A DNA stretch of 64,000 bases from positions 4,683,098 to 4,747,097 of the forward strand of contig CM119269.1 of the NCBI GenBank assembly GCA_051294375.1, read 5' to 3'. The notes under the pieces are model-generated. The model ran no database searches. It saw nothing but the letters and a program-made list of their open reading frames with translations, and had not been told where the DNA came from. The position numbers and the translations under genes were made by a program. Positions 43,791 to 55,142 of this stretch are shown piece after piece. Each line of letters starts with the position of its first letter. Positions within the stretch are counted from its first letter, which is position 1. Source of the stretch: Paraspadella gotoi (Eukaryota > Animalia > Chaetognatha).

Positions 43791-45060
43791 TGATTTGTAA
43801 AAAAATATTTTTATAGATTTTTAAGTTTGAAGAGAGAGAGAGAGAGAGAAAGTTTGTAAAAATATTTGTTTCATAAATCAATTCGTTTTTGTATGAAATT
43901 TGTTTCTATATAAAACTCGTACATAAACTAATAATTCATTTTCTAGCTCAAACATAAAAATAGCAATTAAAATAAATTTAAAATAATTATTATTATAAAA
44001 TTTGTATTACTGAACAAAAAAAATGTTTATTATTGCGCAAACTGAGACTCGATGATAGAGGGAAAACAAAATTAAGTTGATTAACAAAGCACCAACCGGT
44101 GGTACCTAAAGTTGGTTGCGGACATTGAATAGTAAAGTTACCAAAATATATTATTATAAATTTTTATCTTCAGTGTTAAAATTTTACAAAAATTAAAATT
44201 TTTAATTCTTTATAGTAAAAGTTATTATATAATAAACTATTTTTGTTATTTTTTACAGCTTTAATATTAAAATATTATATAATATATTTTATAAAAGTTA
44301 ATTTAAAATTTTATGAATTTATATAGTTATTATTATAAAAAAATATAATTTTTTTTATTATTGTTAAATTTTTTTTTAAAAATGACTCCACCCTAATATA
44401 CATAGTACCAAAAAGAAATATTTAACGTACTTGGTCGTCATCAACAACCATTTATGATTTAATATTTCCCAACAAGATCAGTGCTAAAACGCGGACTCCG
44501 TGCCTGCACGACCGTCTGTTGTTATTTAGATCAATTTGATATGAAAGGTTTGTCTTAATGAGGAGAATATATATGATTTCACTTCGTTTTTTAATCTTCT
44601 TCCTCATTCCCTCGAATCTTTAACTCTCCCACTCCAATTGTACTTCCTCATATTCTTTTTTTTTTTAACATTTCTCCTTATTTCCTTTCTCCCTTCTACC
44701 AATATCTATCTTCCCTAATCACGGTCGAGAGAATTGGGGCCCCGCGCGTCTTCGTCGCAATCGCTTTCCCCCCCCCTTTCTTCCTTCTATAAGAAAACCA
44801 AGAGAAACAGTAAGAAAGAGAGTAAGAAGAATAGAGAGAGGTCAGCATTTTGGTAAATCAACCAGACTCCCGGGTTTTTTTTGGGGGGGTCTATTCCTGG
44901 ACCGGCAGCTCTCCATTCCTCGTCCCAATCTCGTGGCCGGCGGCTCCGCCAATTCGGCGTCCGTTTTCGCTCGAACCTCGTTCCAACTCGCGCCTCAACA
45001 GGCACCTTCGCTCCCACCAACACACCAAAACTACTCAACCCCCGCCTTAACTCGGCCTAT

Positions 45061-45320
45061 AATTTCATGAAATTGGTACAACCAATATAAAAATTATCCA
45101 TTCATTTAATAAATAAGCTATCTTGTCCCTGACTTTGGACAGGCTTTGGTGGTTTAAGGCCTCCATCACACTTACAAGATAATAACATAGCAGGTTTCTG
45201 CAAGCTTTCAATCAAGACTCTCTCACAGTCTTATTTATTCACTCCCAGTGAACCTGGCTTCCCTATCAATGAAGTGGTATAATATTTCAAAGAATGTTTC
45301 AATTGTATGAAAAGGCCACT
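45061..45320 (-). mobile_element. Longest copy of the short retroposon-like repeat
   Basis: Reverse complement is colinear with 42427-42560 plus 42055-42230. Confidence 0.6.
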
Positions 45321-47125
45321 CCCTTAAGTATTAGATCGGGGAATACTATATTGTACTCCGCACTAGCATCAAAATACCTTGTCCCTGACTTTGGACAGGC
45401 TTTGGTATAACTGGTTGGGAGTGGAGCAGGACTACGTGGTCTACCTGACTCTGTCTAGTATTTCCTATAACCGCTTCAGGCGTTCTTACCCAATACCCAT
45501 TCACTCCCAACCCCCGCCGCTCCTTCTCACGTCTCTCTCCTCAGCTGGCGCCTCTTTCTCCCCTTCCTCGCTCCGGCCGGCGCCATATCCCGGAATCTAC
45601 TTCCGGCGTCTTCTTTTTGATTGGTTTCCTTTATTTTTCCCCCCCCCTATTCTTTCTACCTTCCATGTCTTTCCTCCCTTAATTTATTTTCTTTTTTCCT
45701 TTTCTTTTCCGCGCCTCCTAATTTATTTGCTTTTTTTTTTCTTTCGTCTTTCGTTTTACCGTTTCCTTCTCACTAAGTTTCCATCTTTTTCTTTCGTTTC
45801 ATAAGGAAAAAGCGTTCATCTTGATTCGTTGGATCCCAATGTTCGGAATTCGGGTTATTAACCTCTGGTTCAACCTCTCGCTTTGCTCTTTTAACCTTCG
45901 CAATTAACCTCTCCTTTCTTTTTAAACTTTGGTGCTGAGGAAGCGGGTTGCCTTCTTGAAAACTTGTGTCCGAAAAGAGAGTACTTTTTCCCTTCTGCAA
46001 AAAAAAAAATTGAATGGAAACTAAGAAAAGTAAGGAACAGTTAGAACTCGGAAACGGCGTATACGCCTTTAAAAAAAGCTTTTACTGCGCTGGGACCTAG
46101 GTTGAAAAACATAGTTTTAAATTAATGCAAATAACATTAAGATTCAAAATGGATAAATTACTAAATAGTCATAACGCATGAAAGTTAGTTTGAAGATGTT
46201 TTACTGTCTATATGTCTTGTCCAATTCTCCTTTTAACAGATTAGTCGGCTTCATATTACAACTAGTTCTCAGGAAAAATGACATTAAATCATTATAAATA
46301 TAATATATGCAAGCCAGAAGAGTTACGCCAGCTAATTTCTCAATGAGATACGTCGTCCCATTTGGCTCACGAGAGAGACGAACGGCACTAAGTAAGCGGA
46401 TTATTGTAAAAAAAAAAAAGGAAGCAATTACAAAGCAGGAAGCAATTACGAAAAAGTAATGAAATTAACATTCGGTTTCTCCCTTTCCATAATTCTTCTT
46501 AATTAGATTAAATTTCTTAAACCATCGAACCTTGACTTTGAAAATGAAGGGAAAGGGGAAAAAATGGAAAGAGTTGGAAAGAGTTGGAAGGAGGGGGGGA
46601 GGGGGGAAAAAGACGGAAAGAGGAAAATTGCTGCGAGAGAATGAGATAACTCCGGCGTTAATCCGCAATATCGAGCGATAAAGGGATAGAAGAAAAGAGA
46701 GACAGAACGCGACTGAGTTCGAGAGAGAGGGAGACGAATGAACAAATAAAAAAAATTTTTCATACTGAAGAGACTGTTTAGTATGTATAAGCAGTCCGAG
46801 CTTCGTGGCAGGTTGTAACACCATGTTAGAGTTAAGTTAAGCGCCCCGAATAAAAGGGACTTGAACATAGGTGTGTGGAAGACCACGACATAGAGAGTAG
46901 GGAGACAGACACATGTTATAAGCGAGGTAAAACATTGGAGAGGTATAACATAGTGAATATGTTGAAACATAGGCAAAAACGTAATGTGTATGTGAAGGTT
47001 GGAACGTTTGTGTATCTATCTTGTAAGAATTTAAAATTCTACCCAAACAGGTTTTGACGCTAATGTTCCTAATTCGAATAATCAATTATATACATAATAT
47101 TGTGGCATATTTATTTTGTTGACAG

Positions 47126-47528
47126 TTTTTCGCGTAATGAAAGTGAAAGCGATTCCGGCGTTCTTCTCGGACAGACCGGTCTCTAATCGATTTCTCGCCG
47201 TTTTCGAATTGAGCCGTGGAGTTCATATCGGTCATCTAGAATCCAATCGGGTTAGAAATTATGAGATATTCTTCAACTCTTTTAGTTTTACGTAGTATGT
47301 CTCGTTTCATTTACCACGCTATCTTTCTATCTAGGGATTTTTCTCTGACAAGATTCAACAAGAAGGTGAATTTCCCGTTAAGAGTTATTCTCTCTCGAAT
47401 GAGCTGAACGAACCAGATTCACGAACCTCGGTGCTCTCGCCCGAAGTGGAATTTCATAACGTCTTCGAATTTTTCGATAAATCCAGAAGAAAGGATTCCC
47501 TCTCTAGTCCCCCGGCATCGGGCGACAG
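47126..47528 (+). CDS. BTB-zinc finger protein, middle piece (coding exons 4-5)
   Basis: Exon 47126-47250 (phase 1 to 0, VFRVMKVKAIPAFFSDRP...) and exon 47335-47528 (phase 0 to 2, GFFSDKIQQEGEF...SSPPASGD) have canonical splice sites and no stops. The phases bridge 52187 and 34823. Not in the supplied ORF track. Confidence 0.75.
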
Positions 47529-48815
47529 GTTGGTCCAATTGTTTTTAATTTTTATTTTGACTATTGTCTGACAATAAATTCAATATTTAAATATTACAGA
47601 AGACCGATTAAACGTAATAATTTTTAAAAAATTAAACAAATAGCTTAATTAATTTTTATCCTCTTTTACGAAATATTACAAACTGTAAGAGACATAATTG
47701 TTATGAGTTAGTGACAGAACCGTTCAATATAAGCAACCCCCGGCCTCGGATCAGGCTGTAACACCGTGTTACAGGCGGGTTAAGCGCCCCGTCCCTCCCA
47801 ACTGCCAGGCGACCACCGGGCTAGGGTTTGGAGGTGAATGACTTGCCTCCTGCACCAAAGATCGCTGATGAACGGTTGATGGATTTTAGTCCACCATAAA
47901 ACGAAAAAATATACAATGATAATAATCATACAATAATTCATTCTCTCATAATAAGCGAAAATCCCTGTAAGCAAAAAAGTATATTATTGCGCAAACTGAG
48001 ATTAAATGGATTAACAAAGCACCGACCAGTGGGAGTGAGTTGGTTGCGGACTTCGAATAGTAAAGTTACCCAAACTTCTTTTAAGACAAACTAAACGAGA
48101 GTTAATTGACTATGTATATTATAATAATATACTATATACTATAGTATACTATAGTATAGTATACTATATATATAGTATAGTATACTATATATACTATAAT
48201 ATACTATAAAGTCGCAACGCAAGAAACACTTTACGAATGCAGTAGCAACTTCGCAATGACATTTTTTAAGCAGGTAATATTCATGAGAGACTTCAACAAT
48301 AACTGCAAGATCAGAATTCTAGTTCAGTAAAATTTTTTCACGAGATATTTTAATCATGGTAACACATTCACTGTCATGTTCAGAAACGACCACTGAAAAA
48401 TATTAACAAGTATGGCTTTTATCATATGCAATACAATGCGCGCGCATAAAAACAACTATTTTTAAAACATCCACGCCTTGTAGTAGTTTATAATTTTTTT
48501 TATTTCATTGTATATAAAAGTAAAAAGCCAAAAAAAAAAAAAAATTATAATTGTATGTTTTGTGTGGCACTAAAGCATTACAATTCTTTCAGTTGAATAA
48601 GACTATCATGACTTGAACATTTTTCCTCGATTTGCCCGCATAATCGGGCCATGAAAAATTTGTTAAAAAACGATAAGCAATAAGGATCAACGATAATTAA
48701 GTCGATTCCGCCTTTTAATCAATTCGAACTTTAACCCAAAAACTGATCTCCAGCAAACTCCCTATTAAACTTTTAGACATCTGAAAAACGTTAAGAAAGT
48801 CGCAAAACAGGAAAA

Positions 48816-51224
48816 ATGGCGAGCGATACAACAGATTTTGGAACAACATATTCTGCGACAGTAGGAATGGTTTATGTCTTTAACCTGATAGTTGGAACCG
48901 GAACACTCGCTTTGCCCGAAGCATTTGGCAATAGTGGATGGCTTATAAGGTAATGTTTTCATGATTTGAACAGGGGGTGTATATATCGTTTTAGAATATA
49001 TAAAAAATCCAGACATAATTTAAGAAAAATAGTAAATCGTTTCATTTTTATTTTCCAGTTTAATTCTTATTGTGTTTCTTGCATTCACATCATATATGAC
49101 AGTTACTTTTGTGGTTGAAAGTATGGCTTGCGCAAATGCTAAAGACCGTTGGATTAAAAGACAGGTAGCTTACGAATTTTTAACTAGTTTTGTTAAAAAA
49201 AATTTAATTATTAAAAAATAATTTTAGAAAATTAGAAAACGTAATCAAGGGGATGGTTTGCCCGAAATTCCTGTGGATCAGCTTAATGAACATTATGATA
49301 TTAGAACCTCAAGAGAGGAAGTATCTACTGATACTGAAGACCAACCTTTGCTCGCTTCTCAGTCGAGGTAAGCTTTAGTTAAAATAAGCTCTAGTAATCA
49401 TGTAATGCTGTAGAAAAGTTTTCAAAAGCTTTTAACTTCGATCAATGGTGTCAATATAGATATTTAAGAGCAACTTAGTCATTGACAGTCAATCATGAAA
49501 ATGGATAATGTTTATTATCCGTATAGTAAATCAAATTCCGTTCTTTTGTTTGCATAATGTATACTGTATAGTAATATCTAATGAACCAGTGTTCGCAGCA
49601 TAATATTTGTAAAATAAGGTGACCGTTTAACCCATCTCCATAAAAGTAATAAATAATAATTAGCCGTTAATCTGGTTAGTAAGATTTTTAAAATTCTTAA
49701 CTTTTTTAAGTATAATATCTAGCAAAGGAAAATTTATAGCGTTTTTATAAATGTCGACTTAATTTCTTATACCATGGTTATTTTTGTCATATAGAATTCA
49801 AATTTCTGTACAGCTTCAAGAGACTTATTAAATTTCTTCACCTGGATAAATATTTTAAATTAAAAGATGATACGGAAATTCTGCCTTTGGATACCACACC
49901 TTGTTCAAAGAATTACTTTGATAATACAAAGAGCTCCCAAGATGTAGTTCCTTCGTGAGCATCATTATCATATATATTTATAGATATAGTAAAAATAAAA
50001 AACATTAGATTGGTATTAATTAGGGTCTGTTTAAATTTTCATTTCAGTATTATTTTTTTCAAAACCTACATAAGTGGTGTAATAATGTTTTAGTTACCCT
50101 ATCAAAGGTCTGGATCTTTTTTATCAGGCCATCGAGGCATAATGATAATCGCTCTTTTTTAGTATGCTGGACAAAAATGATTATTATGACATCACCCAAA
50201 AAATGGAATTGGGAAAAATGGCTTCTATGTTTTATAACAAAGTTGGTCTTTATCTCTTTTATATTTGCATCATTGTATATTTGTATGGAGATTTAGGTAT
50301 GCTTTTCCAAATTTAAGCCTTGTTAAATCTCAAAGCAATCGTTTATGGTTAAAATTTTACATTCACTGATTTGGATTTTTAATTTTTATTAGTAACCATA
50401 CATAAAAATTTAATTATTTATAATTTTTAAAAATTTGTTTTTACTTACCTAACCTTTGTTTAACCCTAAACTACCCATAGATTTTAAAAAAACCTTTTCC
50501 TTTATATTGTAAGATCAGGTAAATAAGATTTTTTTAAATGGTTAGTTGTGCTAAAGAAGCTGAGCTGCTGTTGTCTAATAGTTTAACCAGTATTCAAGTA
50601 TTGAAAAATATTTAAAAAATATATTTGTTTTAGCGATATATGCTGCTGCTGTACCGAAATCATTGAGAGATGTTGTATGTACTTACGACCCAAATAACAA
50701 AACAAGCAGCAATAAGGTAATAAGGAAGTGTACTTTATTTTCTTATAAATCTATTTAAAACATTTTAATTATAATTAGATATAAAATTGATAGTTTTAAT
50801 TGGCGGAGTTTATTTAAACAGAGTCTGGAAGAATGGCAGCCATGTTTTCAATTTCGTCAAAATGGGTTGACGAGATTTCAAATGTATCAAGTATTTTTGA
50901 CCGTATTTGTGGTTTGTTTGGTTCCTTTTACATTCTTCAATGTTCAAAAGACTAAATATCTTCAAATACTGACGACAGTGTTCAGGTATATATTTGGTGA
51001 AACCTTAAGGTTCGAGGTGCTTCACTCTTTCAGCCAATTACGTTTTTGTTTAAAAATTAATTATTACGATTGCTGACTTATTGAAATGTTACGTATTGGG
51101 TATAGTTAACTGCCCTACAAAATTTTTTTCAGTGAATAACGTTCATTTAAATTTTATATAATGCCTTTCAGGTGGTTGGCGTTTATCGTAATGATAACTC
51201 TGGCTTCAGTTCGACTATACACCG
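48816..51224 (+). CDS. TMEM104: Transmembrane protein 104, 5' half, exons 1-7
   Basis: Exons 48816-48949, 49059-49164, 49228-49367, 50163-50296, 50634-50716, 50822-50985, 51172-51224. Motifs VGMVYVFNLIVGTGTLALPEAF, IIVYLYGDLAIYAAAVP, PFTFFNVQKTKYLQILT, RWLAF. Confidence 0.92.
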
Positions 51225-51676
51225 GTGCGTATGGACTTTATTTATTTCAATACATGATATTTTTTTTTTCAAAAAAAATGACGAATTCATGTACTGCATT
51301 GGTTAGTCACACAGAATAAACGAAGCAAACGTTTTTTTTGCGCTATTGAGTACGCTAGTTAAGTGTCCCGCTCCTTGTACTACTCACTGTTGCATAGTTA
51401 CGCGATTTGTTTTCGTCAACGTTTGACAACAACAAACAACTTTAAATTTTGCTGTTAATGTGTTTATATAAACGTTTCGTGTTTATTTTATTTTTATTCC
51501 TCCGTTTTGAATTTTCGCGAATTATTTAAAACTTTTTTGGCTTTTGTTCATCGTCGACTTCCCAACGATTGCGAACAGGTAACTTCTTTAATAAAATTGC
51601 CATGATTTATCATTTTAATTGTTTTGTAGTATCGGCGGATACTACAGTTACATATTTGGGTGATTGAACCAGGGCC

Positions 51677-52187
51677 ATGAATAATCCTTTACGGACATTG
51701 GCGTTTGGACTGGACGAATTTCGGAGTTCGGATCGATTTTGCGACACGACTCTGGTTTGTTCAAATAATTATCAAGTAGAAACGGAAACTGTCACGGTTC
51801 TCGATCAACGAGGTAAACAATACTTGAAACAATATTACGTTTTTCGAACACCAACTTTTTCCACCGTTTATTAGCTGTCGATGATTTGTTCGCGAGAAAT
51901 CCACAAAACGTGGCTCACAAGGCTCACCGTGCGGTCTTGGAAGCAGCGTGCGACGCATTCGGCGGAGGTAAGTGTCATGCCTCAGTATCTTACCTCAATT
52001 TTTTTCAATTATTATTTTTTTTCATACCGTATTTCAGAGGAAGCGAAAGATGCTAAGGCGTTTTATTTGGGAGGCTGTCGACCGAGTGTCGTTGAATTGT
52101 GCCTGAAGTATGTTTACGGCCAGGGCGAAAATGATCTTAAAAGCGGGATGGACTTGGGCGTGACTTGTAAGGAAGAAATACTTCAAG
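51677..52187 (+). CDS. BTB-zinc finger protein, 5' piece (coding exons 1-3, BTB/POZ domain)
   Basis: Exons 51677-51812, 51875-51967, 52038-52187: LDEFRSSDRFCDTTLV, AHRAVLEAAC, VVELCLKYVYG. Probable 5'UTR intron at 51579-51628. Confidence 0.85.
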
Positions 52188-54551
52188 GTCCGGTACTTGT
52201 TTAATAAAGTCCTATTAAGTTATACGCGTTAATCGTTTCACACCTCAAACATAAAAATTGTAATTAAAATAAATTTAAACTATTATTTATTATAAAATTT
52301 GTATTAACTGAACAATTCTGCAATCTGCAGCCTTCACGCAAGCAATTTAAGCGGATTGACTTAACCCAACCAAAGCATCAAAATCTGGGCTAAAGGGATG
52401 ATGCATAATTGCATATCCGTATGGGCTGACATTGGCGGCAAGTTTATCCTAAAAAAGTAAAAAAATTAGGAGTGGCTAATAGTTTAATTTTAAAAGATAA
52501 GTAATTTAAATATAATACTGTAACCCATACAGCAAAATATCAACTGCATTAATTTTTTATTACAAAAAGAATCATATCAAGCAGAGGTGAGTAACACGGT
52601 TGTTCTGAAGTTTCCACAGTTTCCAAGTTTTCCAGGAAAAGAAGGAACTGACATTTATTTATGTTGCGCCTGGGAACCTGACATATCAATTTTTTTATAG
52701 TAAGTTGTCACTAAAGAAGTCGTGAAACAGAAATCAGGGTTATTTGTGGTATTAAAACTTTGTCTGGGTAAGAAACCGAATCATCTTATGATAAAAAAAT
52801 GTTTTGCCTGAAGAGAGAGAATTTTTTCGAGCGATACCGAGTTCATACCAACATGTTCGGAAGGCATTTTAAGCATTTTTAAACCCATTTTAATAAATGT
52901 TTTTAGCATTTCAAAACCAATGAATTTTGTGTTATATGGTATGATAATATCCTCTTAATGGATGGTAGTGTAGAAGACGAAAATAATAATAATAAAAGTG
53001 AGGAGAAGGTGAAGAATTGTAGGTAGGTAGATCACATATCATTAATTTTTACTTCATGTCAGTGGATTTAGCTAACGTGGTATATACATATGAAAATTTT
53101 AAATGTCAATTAGGAACGACATACCACCAAAGAACATTAATTTGTAAAAAAAATAATAATTTTATGTTCTTCAATTTTCGCAGTAGGCTATATTTATATA
53201 TAGTACTATCCATAAAAATTTTAAAAACTATATTTAATATATAAAATTTTAATTTTCAGCGTAAAATATAGGGTTTNNNNNNNNNNGTTGAATTTAAAAT
53301 TTTTATTATGCTTTAGTAAACACTTCTTCCAGCAGCTTTCCATTACATTTCAAAGGGGAAACGCTCACCTTCTAATAAACCGAGACCACAGAACTCAATA
53401 ACTTACCATCAAAGCTTATCAGCATCTTTCCGAAAATACACAATATACACTAAATATATTTAAATACATAAATACACATTACAAGCAGCAAAAAAATTAT
53501 GTTAAATTGCTCAATCTTTCATCACTCCACCCTACTCTATAATGAAACACCGTTGATGCCCTACGTTTAATTGCCTTTTCTTTCTAAAAATTATCTTTCT
53601 AACAATTATCTAATTCCAATTATAAATAATAATAACATTAACAAACACTATTTGCTTTTTGTCTGCCCCCTCGTAAATCGACAACAATTCACGGCTCTTT
53701 TGTCTCTTTTCTTCGTCTCCTTCTGCTTAACATTTACTTTTCTTTCTCTTCTCCTTCTTCATCTGCTTCTTCTGCTTAACATTCAGTTTTCTCTCTCTAC
53801 TTCTCGTTCATGACTCAGACTCTGTTAGTCTGGAAAGGAAAAGAGACCGAAAACAACTCTCGCCACAGCGAATTTTCTGTTTCTCACGAACATATTAAAT
53901 TATTGTCTTTTCTTTCTCTGTCCAGGAAAAAATAAAGAAAAACACTTCATTTTGTATTCGTCGCGTATTTTTTATTACCTTCGGACAATTTTACATTGAA
54001 TTCGGACCTAATTCTCGTCGAAAGTTATGGATAATTAAATAAGTGCTAAAATAATCTTAAAAAAAAAGTAAATTCATTATGATTACCGAATTTTGAGGCT
54101 TTTATAATAAACTTTGGCTTATTTTTACATTCGCCGACCGAGATTTTGCTGTCGGTTTATTAGGACCCGCCGGTCCGTCCTTCTCCTAAAACGCCCCCGA
54201 GAATATTCGAAGAATTATCAAAATTATTATTTAAACACTCAAAAGAATTACAAAATTCAGTATAAACTCAAAAACCAATGAATAAACTAAAGCACGAATG
54301 ACGAAATGATCCAAACGATGAATCCTTGTGATGATATAAAGTTCGAACTCAGATATCACGATTCGCGAGTCTTTGTATCTAACATTAAATGTTGGCCAAT
54401 TACCATACAATCGCTTAACTTTCAATTCACCGAATGCATAATATTGTTGTTTCTCGTTTTTATTTCAGAAAAAAAAGTTTGAAGAGAGAAAAAAGAAAAA
54501 AAAAGGGAGAGAAAAAGAGTCTAAAAATATTTGTTTTACAAATCAATTCGT

Positions 54552-54598
54552 TTTTGCGCTGATGAAAGCTTACAATGAAGCTGAAACATGTCAGAAAT
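54552..54598 (+). ncRNA. Minimal type I hammerhead ribozyme (Penelope-like), weak stem I
   Basis: GCG-CTGATGA-A-AGCTT-ACAATG-AAGCT-GAAAC-ATGTC-AG: intact core, 5-bp stem II, palindromic ACATGT stem III, GUC site at 54592. Confidence 0.75.
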
Positions 54599-54859
54599 TT
54601 ATGTTTCTTTATAAAACTCGTACGTAAACAAACAAATTTTTATGTTTTATCCAGTTAAAATTAGAAAACTAAAACTTGTGTACAGTAATTATATGATGAA
54701 TGATAATGATGATGATTTTAAGGGTTTTTTCCCTATTTAACCCACTTATCATCAAAATATTAAAAAACGAATTGTGTTTTTTTTTTTTCTTTCGTTTCGT
54801 TGTGATTTGATTTAGAACAAAGTTTGAAGAGAGATTTAACAACGATTTTTATTTCATAG

Positions 54860-54912
54860 TGAAACGGACATGTTTTCCGACTCACATACGAGTCTTCTTC
54901 AGCGCCATTCAA
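54860..54912 (-). ncRNA. Hammerhead ribozyme, inverted copy (core has extra bases, GGAAAAC)
   Basis: Minus strand: TGAATGGCG-CTGAAGA-A-GACTC-GTATGT-GAGTC-GGAAAAC-ATGTC-CGTTTCA. Confidence 0.65.
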
Positions 54913-55090
54913 TTTGTGAATTTGAAGAGAATTTGTTGCACAAACTATCTCTGTCCTCCACCTTCACCTGTCCCTAATAAAAAAACTGAACACTATCCTT
55001 TCTCTCAAACCTCTGTGTTGGAAACTTTGCTCTGTCTCTCTCTCTCTCTCTCTCTTTCTTTAGGCACAAAATTCTCTTCAAATTCACAAT

Positions 55091-55142
55091 TGAATTGGCG
55101 CTGAAGAAGACTCGGTATGTGAGTCGAAACATGTCCGTTTCA
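55091..55142 (+). ncRNA. Minimal type I hammerhead ribozyme (Penelope-like)
   Basis: TGAA-TTG-GCG-CTGAAGA-A-GACTC-GGTATGT-GAGTC-GAAAC-ATGTC-CGT-TTCA: full core, 5-bp stem II, bulged stem I, palindromic stem III, predicted cleavage after C55135. Confidence 0.85.

Noticed and set aside
47864-47910. CTGATGA...GAAA hammerhead-like string
   Set aside because: No stem II closing directly onto the core, and the core is not conserved in the 34.7 kb copy.
34823-52187. mod(mdg4)/lola-style trans-splicing as the sole explanation for the split BTB-ZF gene
   Set aside because: The host gene TMEM104 and non-coding duplicated regions show the same order reversal, pointing to a DNA- or assembly-level cause.
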